Source: Eledone cirrhosa (Eukaryota). From it: a DNA stretch of 64,000 bases. Shown here piece by piece: positions 38,912 through 51,904 of this stretch (positions are counted from its first letter, which is position 1; the number at the start of each line of letters is the position of its first letter). The position numbers were made by a program, and so were the translations under genes. The DNA is taken from the NCBI GenBank assembly GCA_964016885.1, contig OZ024748.1:39680001-39744000 (forward strand). The letters run 5' to 3'. Below the pieces are notes generated by a model. That model saw only the letters and a list, made by a program, of their open reading frames with translations. It did no database searches and had not been told where the DNA came from.

Positions 38912-39562
38912 GAAACTATATTTATAAAAGTATATTTATAAACTATAGTTTTATAAATATAGTTTTTTAAATATAGTTTTATAAATATAGTTTATAAATA
39001 TAGTTTTATAAACTATATTTATAAAACTATATTTATAAAACTATATTTATAAAACTATATTTATAAAACTATTTTATAAGACTATTTTATAAAACTATTT
39101 TATAAAACTATATTTATAAATCTATATTTATAAAACTATATTTATAAAACTATATTTATAAAACTATATTTATAAAACTATTTTATAAAACTATTTTATA
39201 AAATTATATTTATAAAACTATATTTATAAAACTATATTTATAAAACTATATTTATAAAACTATATTTATAAAACTATATTTATAAAACTATTTTATACAA
39301 CTATTTTATAAAACTATATTTATAAAACTATATTTATAAAACTATATTTATAAAACTATATTTATAAAACTATTTTATAAAACGATATTTATAAAACTAT
39401 ATTTATAAAATTATATTTATAAAACCATATTTATAAAATTATATTTATAAAACTATTTTATAAAACTATATTTATAAAACTATATTTATAAAACTATATT
39501 TATAAAACTATATTTATAAAACCATATTTATAAAACTATATTTATAAAACTATATTTATAAA
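38912..39562. repeat. AT-rich ~14-bp satellite (aaactatatttata) with an inverted block
   Basis: Direct reading; lies inside inverted repeat 38873-38928 / 39705-39747. Confidence 0.9.
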
Positions 39563-39638
39563 ATTCCCTATCCAGTGAATTTCCAACCGATAAGGTATGC
39601 TTTTCGTGGGTATGTCTCTATTTATAAAACAAACTTTG

Positions 39639-39703
39639 TATTTTATCTGATGAAAGCATACCAATGTAGTCTTGGTTACCCTTGAAATATATATAATAAA
39701 ATA
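39639..39703 (+). ncRNA. Type I hammerhead ribozyme (Penelope-type)
   Basis: TATTTTAT CTGATGA AAG..CCAA..TTGG..CTT GAAAT atat ATA ATAAAATA; 8-bp stem I. Confidence 0.78.
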
Positions 39704-39764
39704 AATATGGTTTTATAAATATAGTTTCCATTTATTTGATATCATTGTATATATATATATATAT

Positions 39765-41676
39765 ATATTCATTAGTTAAGCAAAACAAGACAACAAATTT
39801 CACAAGGAAGACATTATTAAAAGATTGTCAACATATTTTAGTTTGATGTAAGGAATGTAGAGAATAATAATAATTTCATCTTTAGGCACAAAGCCAGCTA
39901 TTACCCAGTACATTACTGGTACTTTATTTTATCGACCCCGTAAGGATGAAAGGCAAAGTTAACCTCGGCGGGATTTGAACTCAAACCGTAAAGGGACGTA
40001 ACTATGCTAGAAAGCATGGCGTTCAACCCTCTGCCAATCCACCGCCCTTTTATATAATAATATTAATAATAATAATGTCCGTTTACAATTGTTTCGCTAC
40101 TCCATATAATATTTCTGGATCAAATGATTATATATCATTATTGATCTGGTTCAGTTGAAAATAATTACTATAGGTAAAGATAGAGCAGCTCATCGGAACT
40201 TCAAAAGGAATATAAATTAAAATAAGGAAAGAATGTTACATAAATGTAATGTTCCATATATTGGTATTTCACTATGGTGACCTGGGTATATCAATTGTCT
40301 GCCATAGTCGAGCAGTATTCTTCTGTCGAGGCTGCATTGTGTGAGATCTGCCTATGGGTAACAAGATGGCCGCCAATGTACATATTTACCTTACTAATTA
40401 GAGGGTGGTTTCAGGGGAAGTAACTCCTCGAGAGATTAGAAATTGTGGGTAGTTTATAGTTAAGTGCTAATTTTTTTTATTTTGAGACAATGTAAGGGAG
40501 GTAACTTATAATTATTTAAGTTAGTTATAGCTATTTAACTTATTAGCTACAAGTAAAAATGGGGCTAGATGACTATGTTGGCGAAGGAATTAGCCCTTCG
40601 ATGTTGACAGCTAATAGTTACCTTCGTTCTATCATTAATCAGTAGAGGTTGTGATAGAGTTATGTAATATGCTTCGGTAAGACAGAGGTCACAAGATTTT
40701 CTTCGTCCATTGAACGGTTGGGCCCTGAGTGTTAGTGAGTGTTCAATGTTGGTTAATTTAAGGTTTTTAATGAGCCTAGCTAGAGATGTCGAACATCTGT
40801 TGTTAGGGTCTCAGAAGGAAAAAGAGTGCGCGTTATAGCGTACCTTAAAAGGGTTAGAGGTAGACCCAATATAGGAGCTGGTATGCGAAGCAGTTTTAAC
40901 TGTGCACCTATAGACTATGTTGGGTGTCAGGCAATGTCCATTTAGTGGGCATGCATTAGGGTAACGGCAGTTGCAGTTACTTCTGCGGTTAGTGAGAGTA
41001 GGGTTGTTTAACCTAAGCGGTTGGTCAGTGCTAGAAGGATTAGATGGGGGAGGTGTGCTACTAGAGTAAGTATTGGTGTAGTGGCGTGATGTATCCGATG
41101 GGGGGTGGTGGTACCGCGGTGTGGGAGTTATACTGTCTTAGTTTATCATGGTTACTGAATGTGATGTGGCAAGCTAAGTTAGGTATTGTGGAGAATGAGA
41201 TTTTAATGTTATTTTTATTAAAGAGTTTGTAATATCTATGGTGGGGGAGGGGTTTAGATAGGATAGACAAGAAGCATTTAGGGATATTAGTGGCTAGATT
41301 AGATGAGAATGGGGGGTTAAGCCAGGTGATATTTCTAGGCATATTCCTTCTAGGGGTTCTAGTGGAGTTGGAACATTACATTTATGTAACATTCTTTCCT
41401 TATTTTAATTTATATTCCTTTTGAAGTTCCGATGAGCTGCTCTATCTTTACCTATGTTAATTATTTTCAACTGAACCAGATCAATAATGATATATAATCA
41501 TTTGATCCAGAAATATTATATGGAATAGAGAAACAATTGTAAACGGACATTATTATTATTATTATTATTATTATTAGTCTCTACATTCCTTACATCAAAC
41601 TAAAATATGTTGACAATCTTTTAATAATGTCTTCCTTGTGAAATGTGTGGTCTTGTTTCGCTTAACTAATGAATAT
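39765..41676 (-). mobile_element. Penelope-like element remnant with inverted pseudo-LTRs; SINE inserted in the left arm (39875-40048)
   Basis: GIY-YIG fragment CNCRYPNACPLNGHCLTPNIVY..YIGST..FKVRY at ~40830-40980; WLNPPFS motif; ~310-bp arms (39765-40256, less the SINE) / 41369-41676. Confidence 0.85.
40081..40199 (-). ncRNA. Hammerhead variant (CCGAUGA core, long stem II loop); degenerate copy at 41425-41543 (+)
   Basis: GTT CCGATGA GCTGCTC ...~85 nt... GAGTAGC GAAAC aatt GTA AAC. Confidence 0.6.
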
Positions 41677-41830
41677 TTCCAGCTCTGTGCACCTAACCTC
41701 TGCATGAAACCAGCCACCTAGCTGCTTTCTACTGCATATTGCACATTGAGCACATGCCTTTACGCTTTGGCTTCTAACTAATTCACCAATCTCTCCTTTA
41801 TCTCTCTCTTTAAGATTGGTTACTCTTGAA

Positions 41831-41868
<38 letters not shown>

Positions 41869-42564
41869 TCGTTCACAGAATACATAAAAAAAATGTTTAA
41901 TATTTCATATTTATTAAGATTGTTATACTAATCGAAACTGATTATAATAAATGTAACAATTATAAAATTATTCCTTCCGTCGGATTAAAGAAAAAAGTAT
42001 TCGGCGGCGTCGTCGTCGTCATCGTCATCTATATATATATATATAATAGAAAAAATGAGGAAGTTTCATTTACATATGAAAATATATATAAATAGGGATA
42101 GAGAGAGGTATGTAGATAGATAGAGAAACACATTATATATATGTATATATATATATATATACTAAGACAAAATACAGGTCTGTACCAGCAAGACATGGTC
42201 TCCTGACCCAAGTTATCTCATAACGCAACAAGCCATCTAACATCCAACACATGCATGTGTGGAAAATGGACCTTAAATGATGATGATTGTAATGATGACA
42301 CACACAGACACACAATTTAACATCTGTCTTATGAAAACATGTTAAAGGGTTAGTATGCAATCACTTTGATGTCTTTGAAATGCACAAAACAGGATTATAT
42401 AATTTTGTTATTAAAATAATGTTATTTCTCTGAGGAACTGGAATCATATGATTCCAGTTCCTCTAAGAGAAATAACAACCCAACCAGGAACTGGGCATAT
42501 CGGAGTATTGACAGAGTTAAACACCTCAACAACATGTGTACCCGTCTCTACCACACCAATTCGG

Positions 42565-42619
42565 ACTGCCTGAAGAGGTCACAGCCAAAGATGGCTGTCA
42601 CCAAAATATATATAGCAGT
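42565..42619 (+). ncRNA. Hammerhead motif with G12A core mutation (probably inactive), inside a small inverted-repeat element 42338-42814
   Basis: ACTGC CTGAAGA GGTCACAGCCA aaga TGGCTGTCACC AAAAT atat ATA GCAGT; same family as 21417-21472. Confidence 0.65.
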
Positions 42620-42672
42620 ACACCGTTAATAAACGAAGCCAAATTTTAAATATTTGACTAATTTATTTTGTT

Positions 42673-42713
<41 letters not shown>

Positions 42714-42881
42714 CAAAGAGAGACGGTTTTATGTATACACCCTCTGTTTATTATATAATCCTGTTTTGTGCATTTCAAAGACATCAAAGTCATTGGATAA
42801 TAACCCTTTAACATATATATATATACATATATATATAGAGATATATATATATATATATAATGAACCAGTTGTCCAAGGGAG

Positions 42882-42999
42882 TTAATTTATTTCAGGTAAG
42901 ATATCATAGTTAATTTGGACCAAGCCGTTACTATCAAACATGTGATCAAAATCATATTCATAGTTGGGAGAAAAGTCTTCTAAATTCAGATCCGCAATG
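42882..42999 (-). CDS. Terminal coding exon of a host gene, probably STAT-family (acidic tail)
   Basis: Long pyrimidine tract ttttcttccatacttttcAG; phase-2 entry; IADLNLEDFSPNYEYDFDHMFDSNGLVQINYDILPEIN*; AATAAA downstream at 42662-42667. Confidence 0.6.
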
Positions 43000-43379
43000 C
43001 TGAAAAGTATGGAAGAAAAACACAGAAAAAAGACAAATCAATGTTTATGAAGGAACAAGAAAATAAGAGAGGCAAGTTAAAACAATTATATTTCAAAGAC
43101 TCAATGTATAGTCATGACACAAGTATTATAACGAGGAATTGGTAGACACATTTACTCTTAACGCCTGTTTTACATGAAACCACATTAGTAGGACACTCTT
43201 GAAAAGTTCAAAACAAGACTATGACTGCATCATATTAAGTATTCAAGTCTTTAGTTTACAGCAAATTTTCACAACAGTGTGTCCAATTGTAAAGACACTA
43301 TAAACATTAGAATAAACAAAACAGTTTTTAGATATTTTCTATTGAAGAATTGCAAGATGTTAAGAGTTCAATGTCAGCT

Positions 43380-43900
43380 TAATTCATTACCATATTTCTC
43401 ACAAAAGATACTGTATGTCATTAACCCTTTCATTACCTTATTTTGAATGAAAGACAAAGTCTATGTCATTAACCCTTTCATTACCATATTTATAATGAAA
43501 GACACTGTCTATGTCATTAACCCTTTCATTACCATATTTCTAATGAAAGACACAGTCTATGTCATTAACCCTTTCATTACCATATTTCTAATAAAAGACA
43601 CTGTTTATGTCATTACCATATTTCTAATGAAAGACACTGTCTACGTCATTAACCCTGTCATTACCATATTTCTAATGAAAGACACTGCCGATGTCATTAA
43701 CCCTTTCATTACCATATTTCTGACACTGTGTATTTCATTAACCCTTTCATTACCATATTTCTAATGAAAGACACTGTCTATGTCATTAACCCTTTCAATA
43801 CCATATTTCTAATGAAAGACACTGACTATGTCATTAACCCTTTCATTACCATATTTCTAATGAAAGACACTGTCTATGTCATTAACCCTTTCATTACCAA
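43380..43900. repeat. 48-bp minisatellite
   Basis: gtcattaaccctttcattaccatatttctaatgaaagacactgtctat. Confidence 0.9.
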
Positions 43901-44009
43901 ATATGCCAATAATAATAATCTATACTATAAAAGAGAAGCTGTTTGTCCCTCTGTCTGTCCGTCACAACATATAGGTAGAAGTGAAATGGGAAGAAGTGGA
44001 TTGTTGTTG

Positions 44010-44071
<62 letters not shown>

Positions 44072-44319
44072 AAGAGTATGTGAAATAAAGATAAATAGTT
44101 TAAAGTGTAATTCAAGGATTATGATGAGAATAAATTAACATATTTCAATATCTTTCTTTAGGAAATATTTTCTCTCGCGTTTATTTGCTTAATAATATTC
44201 AAAGTGTTATTAAAGTTCAGCAAGAAAGTCAATCTATTATTTGAACAATTTATAAAGGTAAGTACATGATGATTAACAAATACTTTTACTGGCAGTGTAG
44301 CAACAATATAATAATAACA

Positions 44320-44462
44320 GCAATTTTGGAGGAGGGGAAAGTTGACTAAATCTACCCCAGTGTGTTACTGGTACTTTATTTTATCGACCCTGTAAGGATG
44401 AAAGGCAAAGCTAATCTTGGCAGGATTTGAACTCAGAACATAAAGGGCCGTAACTCTATGTC
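44320..44462 (-). mobile_element. Family-A SINE
   Basis: Reverse-complement body. Confidence 0.75.
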
Positions 44463-44525
44463 GCGAATACTTATATACATAAATAATAATAATAATAATA
44501 ATAATAATAACTACGTAGTACTTAC

Positions 44526-44591
44526 TGTGGCATAGGGCTATCTTCACACTCCATTCTATCAGTGTCATTCTGATAAATGTTTTCGTCCATT
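44526..44591 (-). CDS. Internal 66-nt exon of the same STAT-like gene
   Basis: tttAG acceptor, GTAAGT donor, phase 2-2, MDENIYQNDTDRMECEDSPMP. Confidence 0.6.
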
Positions 44592-45076
44592 CTAAATTGT
44601 GAGATAAAGCATCGAGATTAGATTCAAGTTACTATAGGAAGAATTAAACTGTCTAAAAGTTGCTTCAAATGTATTGAAACTACCTTGGCCAGAAAATAAC
44701 GCACAACATATATAGAAATAATTCTTTTACTGATTCCAGTAACTGCAGCCATGAAATATACTTAATCATATCAACTCCAGTACTAATTTTTAGTCAACCA
44801 TAACACCAATCTATACAATTAGAAATATACCCATTTGAAACTTGTCCCAATTTACCTGTCACACCCTGTGTGTGTAGAGAGAGAGAAATTGCTGTATATG
44901 TGTTTACTCATCTCTTAATGAGCAAAGAGAGATCGATAAAATATGTTACTTGACTTAAAACTAAGTACTGGGATCAATATGATTGACTTAACATTTCTAG
45001 GTTGTGCCCCAGTATGAGCAGTTTCATGGCCGAAAGCAAGAATAATGAAATAAGAAATAAAATACATTTTCCTTAC

Positions 45077-45140
45077 CCAGGTACGCTATCAATAAGGGTA
45101 TTTGGTACATAGCCATGCAGCATCATCTGTCCATTGTCCT
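45077..45140 (-). CDS. Internal 64-nt exon with a STAT-like phosphotyrosine segment
   Basis: ttttttttcttgtgtttcttcAG acceptor, GTAAGG donor, phase 1-2, DNGQMMLHGYVPNTLIDSVPG. Confidence 0.62.
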
Positions 45141-45319
45141 CTGAAGAAACACAAGAAAAAAAATTAATTAATGAAGAATTTTGAGTTATTTACTAAAATT
45201 ATTAATTATTTCATTACTAAGACAGTAACGTAACCCTTTCATGGCCACATTTCTAATGAAATACACTATTTTAATTAACTAATGAAGTATTTCAAGTTAT
45301 TTACTAAAATTATTAATTA

Positions 45320-45660
45320 GGCACATGGCTTAGTGGTTAGAGCATTGGCTTTGCAATCGAAAGGTTGTGAGTTCAATTCTCAGACCGGGTGATGTGTTGT
45401 TTCCTTGAGCAAGACACTTTATTTCACATTGCTCCAGTTTACTCAGCTGTAGAAATGAGATGATAGGACTGTGGTCCCTATCATTCCACTGTAAAGTGGA
45501 CGTGGAGGCGACACGGCAAAAAAAAAGCACCCAGCACTCACTGTAAATGAGGTTGGTGTTAGGAAGGGCATCCAGCTGTAGAAATCAAGCCAGAATCAGT
45601 TCCTGTCCCACCCTTGCAAGCAGGGAAAAGTGGACGTAAAATGAAATGATGATGATGATT
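45320..45660 (+). mobile_element. tRNA-derived SINE (family B)
   Basis: Near-identical to 36009-36340. Confidence 0.85.
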
Positions 45661-45858
45661 TCATTACTAAGATAGTAACTTAATGTAAGGTTCTTATATA
45701 AAATTATGTTGGGAGATTTTAATTTAAATTGGAAACATTAAAAATGGGTTTTATTTTATAGAATCAGCAGCAGTTTTGGCCGTGACGAGGGTTAGTAACT
45801 AAAGGGTGGGAGTTGGTAACTAAAGGGTGGGGGGTGGTAACTAAAGAGAGAGAGAGAG

Positions 45859-48800
45859 ATTAATAAAAACAATGAATAAAAACAAAGAAACAGTTCCTTA
45901 TATTAACAAATTCATCATTTTACGATCGTTTCTAGGATATATATGTGTGTGTTGGTATGTATATCATATAGATCTATGTAAACATTTTACAAAGTATCAG
46001 AGGAATTATACATACCTACACATATATATGCTGAATATATGAAATAATGATATTTGTTTATTGAAAAACACCAACAAAGATTTAATATAAGTCTGTTTGG
46101 GAACAGGTTTTTAATTGACCAATAGAAGAGTAGTAAGTGGTCAAGTTGATAGAATAGTAGTAGTAGAAATTTAATTTAGGGGTAGAGGAATGCAGACTTC
46201 AGTTTTGAATGGAAATAATACTTTGAATGAAAAGATTACTTTGGGGATGAAAAGAGGTCAAGCCGGTGAAAGGTACACGAAAATTTTATGTTATTAAAGA
46301 ATAATGCTAATGTTAAAATCGAAGGAGAATAAAATTTTAGGATAAATGTGTTAGTGAGAAATACCAATCTTATTAAAAACATAAGGAATTTAGATCTATA
46401 AAAAGAAATTAAATTAATTAATAGGTATACTTATAGGGATAAATTTATATTAATTCATATAGATGTGATAAATAAGAGTTAGATGTTATTAAAGAATGTT
46501 GTTAAAAACGAAGGAAAAAAATTGGGGGGGGGGGGGATAAATGTATTAGTGAGAAATAACAAACTTATATAGACTACAAGGAATTTAGATTCATAACAGG
46601 AAATTAAAATAGTTTATATGTATACTTATAGGTATTAATTTTAGGAAAAGATAGCTGTAACAGGGAAATAAAATTATGAAGTTCTCAGTAGTAAAATACT
46701 AATTATAGGTTAACTAAATTTAAAAAAAGCTAATTATAAGAATTTGTAATATAAAAGTGTATATTAATTAGGTTTATAATATTTGAAAGTTCTTCTAATT
46801 CTATGATTGCACGATATAATTAATTCTTGTTGCTTATTTAATAGGATATCCTTAGATTTCATTATTTCGAAAAGTTCCTGGGAACATAATCTACACTCAT
46901 ATCTGTTATTTTGATAAGGGATGGCCCTTCTGAGCACACTCCAGGTCAGGTTATAATTGATATACTTTTTTCTATAATTATTAATTATTTCAGCCAAGGA
47001 TGTTATATTAGCTAATGCGGCATTTCTAAACTGTGTTTGTGGGTATTAAATCTTACTTTAAATTCGTTAGAAGTAGCTCCTATATATGAATAAGTTGAGT
47101 CCTTAGTGCTAATTTTACATTTATATACTATGTTATTAATAAGGCAATTTCCTTTTAATGGGCAATTTGCATTGTTTCTCAAGGATCAATTTCCCCCTCG
47201 TCCTTCTGCATATGAAAGTCTGCTGTCCAGGTTGGTTGTTTGCGACTTCTTTGCGATCTCCGCAGTGTTGGGGCGGCACTTTGGGTTTCCTCTTCCTCGG
47301 AGTCCGTTGACACAGTGATTCTACGGACATCCAGGACATGACGTGGTACTCCGTCCAAGGACACATTGTTCTGGGAATTTATGGCCGTCACCGTTCCCCT
47401 TCCCCATTGAGATGTGCAACGTGCATATGGGGGCTTAACCCAGACTTCTTCGCCCACCTGCACGAATGCACTCTCTCTCCCCACTGGCCGTTGTGATGGC
47501 GTGCACGGGTGCCGCCACTCGTATCTGAATACTGCTCTGTGTGGCACCGATTCCTCGACCTGTCTCACCCGAGGGGACATGTTGTACCAGAACACTGCCT
47601 CCATTGATGAGATATGACCCCGCTCCACCATTGCCTTGATCGTCCGGTGGTGTCGCTCTACAATTCCATTCCCGCTCGGCCTGTGCGCTGCTCTGAAGAA
47701 ACGGTCCACCTTCCATCCATCGAGCATCTCCCTCAGCGCCTCCGAGCGCAACGCTGCGCTGTTGTCCATCAGCAGTTCGTCCACAGGGCCCCGCTCCAAG
47801 AACACTTCTCTCAACGTCCGCATGATTTCCTCGGCCCTTCCAGTCTTCATCTGCCTCCATATCGCCATCCGTCCTGATCCACAGTCGACCATCGAGAGGT
47901 ACGTTCCCTGTCGATAGTGCGTTACATCCACCGCCAATCGCTTCCAGTCGCGATCCACCGAGAGGCTTCCCGTTTCGTGCACACCCGGGGCGGGATCAAT
48001 GGACTGACATCGGACGCAGCCTCTAACCACCCTTTGAACACTGTGTCTGTTAACGTCCGAGTCGATTCTCCTGGCTAGGAACAGGCTCCTATCCACTCCC
48101 ATGTGGTGCATGTCATGCAACCCTTTCAGATCCGACTCGGTCAGCCGACACACGGCAGCTATCTCATCATCTACCTCCTCCGGTGCTTCCATCCAGGCTT
48201 TATTCACCCTAGTTAAGACGTCCGCCCTATTTTTCTCTGAGAGCACGAAAACTACACTCAGCTTCGGGTCGAACTCGGTGGCCAGCTCTCCTAAAGTTCC
48301 CAGGCGGCGCTTTATCAGCATCTCCGCCGCCCCTCTCGTTCGCACTCTCTTCTCACTGGTGAGCACTGATATCACCCATCCGAGTACAGTAGCCGAGTCG
48401 GTGCGTATCTCGATGGATGCGCATTCCCCACCTCAGGGCGAGGTTCACCCCTCTCAACACTGCGTCCAGTTCGGCTACATTGATGTGGTTGCAGTCGTCC
48501 TTCTTCCTAAGCCAGGCTGCATCCTCGACCTCAACACCTCCTATCTCCAACGTGACACCCAGCGCTATGCTGCTGGCATCGCACCATACGGTCCCGCTCT
48601 GTGATTTGGGAACATACCACCCTCCCCACGAACTCCTGCATCGTGACCATCTCTTGACATAGCTGCATGCCGTCCGGAGCCACCCAGCAATCGGGTAGTC
48701 ACCCACCAACTTTCCACACACCGAGAAAAGCTCCCGCCTACTCATACTTGGGCCCAGTTCTGGAACTTCATTTCCCCTCTGGAATACCAAGACGCCCGTC

Positions 48801-51648
48801 CTGTCTCGCCGTAGCCTAAGTCCCAGCACGGCTCCTCCCTCCAACGCTTCTGACGGTTTCGCAGCCAGTCCATACCCCTGTAAATGGCTCCTGACCTCCG
48901 CCGCCGACACCACAAACTCGTCCACTAGGATGTCGTCATGTAGGAGTTAGTGGCCCTCTTCATCTTGTCGGCCTTTCCCAGAATGGCCTTGAGGACCACC
49001 ACCGCCATGATCTTCGGTGCGGAGCTCAGCCCGAAACCGAGCCTGGTCAGGCAATGTGTCCGGCCCTTATACCTGACCAGCTGATACTGCCAGAGCTTCT
49101 CATCTATATGCAATTGCAAGTATGCCGACTTTAGATCTACGATTGCGTCTCCACTCACGCAGGGTTTCCCCCACAGACATCCGTGACCTCGCCACTCGTG
49201 TGGCATGACACGTGCTCGTTCAGTTCCCGAAGGTCCAGCACCGGCCTCACCTTGTTCTTCGTGGGTTGCGCCACCGCCATTAACGGCAATACTCCGCACT
49301 TCACCTCCTCTTTCCAGGGAAGCAGTATGCCCTCCTCAATCCATCTCTCTACCTCTCGCTCGAACTCGCCCCTAATGTTTCCCTTCAATGTGTGTTGATA
49401 GCAGCCCACTTTGGTCTTCAGTGTTGGTGGTTCTCTCTTCCAGTACCACTCAACAACCCATCGCTGCCTATCGAACACGGCCTTGAAGTCTTTGTCCTGC
49501 ACAGTGTAAGCGGGGTATTTCTCCTCGTGGGCCTTCTGGTTCTCCTGTCGCGTACTCACAGCGCATACCGATGCAGCGGCACCAAACGACACACCGACGT
49601 TGTTCACTGTGACGCCTCCTAGACGGCGAATTGCGTCCATGCCCATAACCACGCCGATCCCATCCACCACGCTGTCTACTACGATGGCAGAAAGCCTTAT
49701 TTTCCTTCCCCGTACCGCTATTTCCATCTCGCTGCGATCTCGGCATTCAATTTTCGTGCCATCGACTGCCCTTACGCTGCTCTTCCCTCTTCACCTCTGC
49801 GCCACCCCCGCGATCACCAGTGTCGTCGTACAACCCGTGTCCACGAGGGCTCGCTGTGGCTTTCCCCTCACGAAGACACCCACCACGGAGAGCGCCTCTA
49901 CTCGTAACGGGCAACTACCGGCGCAGTAGTTCCTCTTGGATCGTTTCCCTGGTCGCAGTTAGTAGCGATGTGGCCTGGTCGCTTACACCGGTAGCATATT
50001 ATTTCCGGCCTTGACTCTCTGCAGTCTCTAGCCATGTGCGGGCCCTGGCACCGAAAACAGCGACCTCTAAACGTTCGCGGGCGACCGCGTGCCGTGGTTG
50101 CCTACCTTTCACCATTTCGCTGCCAGCTGTCTTGAGCCTCTGTAGTTGCTATCGCCGCGACACTCTTCTTGGCATCTTCTGCTATGATCCGGGCTATTTC
50201 CACCAGTGAACGCATTTCCATTTCTTTGTAACCCGGGACTTGCTGCAGTTTCACCGCTATCTCGTCTGGAAATCCATTTATGAACGCCAACCGCACCGTG
50301 CGTTCGCATTCCACCTGATATCCAGCCAACATGGCCAATCGCCGTATTTCCGCTGCGAAAAGGTCAACGCGTTCACCGTTCCATCTAATTCTTGCCAGGT
50401 TAGCGAAAGCGGCTAACGGTCCCTCTGCGAACGCTTCCATCATGCGCCTCTCAATCTTTTGCGCATCTCTTTGGCTGTGTTCGTCCAACTCAAGGAAGAG
50501 TACCAACGCGTCCCACTCGACGTACAGTGCCATGAGGCCAGCCACATCTTCTATCTTCTGCAAGCTTGCGACCAGCCGGACTTTTCGCAGCCAAGCGACA
50601 ACATCACTTTCACCGGTAAATGCCCTCTTCTAATTAGTCTTGCGGTACGTGATAAACAAAAACAACAGACTCCTCTCTGTTTTCCAGCTGCTTTTTTTTT
50701 TTTTTTTTTTCAATCACATCTCAGTTTCCAGTGCCGAAATAGCTTGTGGTTAGAAAAAGCTATCTCACCGCTTTTCATAGGCGCAGCTAAATCCCACTGC
50801 TGGTTTCTCTTCTTCCACGTGCGTCCAACTCCTTAACACCGGGAGCTGCCAAAACTCGCGTCCACACCGTTGCTGGTCACCACTAGAGAAATGCCGATCT
50901 GCTGGCCCTTCCGGTCGAGCATCCTTCCGGCCAAGCACCCTTCCGGTCGAGCACTCCCCCGCTTCCGGCCACCGCACGCCACACCATACCCACATCAATT
51001 AAATCTTTAATAACATCTAACTCTTATTTATCACATCTATATGAATTGATATAAATGTATCCCTATAAGTATACCTATCAATTAAATTAATTTAATTTCT
51101 TTTTATAGATCTAAATTCCTTATGTTTTTAATAAGATTGGTATTTTTCACTAACATATTTATCCTAAAATTTTATTCTCCTTCGATTTTAACATTAGCAT
51201 TATTCTTTAATAACATACAATTTTCGTGTACCTTTCACCGGCTTGACCTCTTTTCATCCCCAAAGTAATCTTTTCCTTCAAAGTATTATTTCCATTCAAA
51301 ACTGAAGTCTGCATTCCTCTACTCCTAAATTAAATTTCTACTACTACTATTCTATCAACTTGACCACTTACTACTCTTCTATTGGTCAATTAAAAACCTG
51401 TTCCCAAACAGACTTATTATATTAAATCTTTGTTGGTGTTTTTCAATAAACAAATATCATTATTTCATATATTCAGCATATATATATGTAGGTATGTATA
51501 TTCCCTCTGATAGTTTGTAAAATGTTTACATAGATCTATATGATATACATACCAACACACACATATATATCCTAGAAACGATCGTAAAATGATGAATTTG
51601 TTAATATAAGGAACTGTTTCTTTGTTTTTATTCATTGTTTTTATTAAT
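45859..51648 (-). mobile_element. Penelope-like remnant with ~640-bp inverted arms enclosing a Gypsy internal region
   Basis: Arms 45859-46495 / 51004-51648; GIY-YIG fragment CPLKGNCLINNIVY..YIGATSNEFKVRFN..CRLCSQE..LLNKQQE..CNH at 46764-47175. Confidence 0.8.
47179..50640 (-). mobile_element. Gypsy/Ty3 LTR-retrotransposon internal region (gag-pro-RT-RH-INT), frameshifted; LTRs not seen
   Basis: Gag knuckles CFRCQGPH..C and CYRCKRPGHIATNC; protease ALVDTG; RT DLKSAYLQ/RLGFGL; RNase H WCDASS; integrase HHCC, AVD, MDN, GNGIVER (ORF 47179-48375). Confidence 0.92.
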
Positions 51649-51777
51649 TTATCTTGACTCTGTTTTCCTGTGATTTTCATTGAAAACATTTTTGAATACA
51701 TCTTTTCTTTTCATGATATTTTGATTACATTGAGTTCTTCATACGGATTGGACACTACCGTATATTTTGGTAGATTT

Positions 51778-51856
<79 letters not shown>

Positions 51857-51904
51857 TAAGTAAGTTTTGAAACAGTGAGCAAGTTTGAAATTAGAAATAT
51901 AAGT

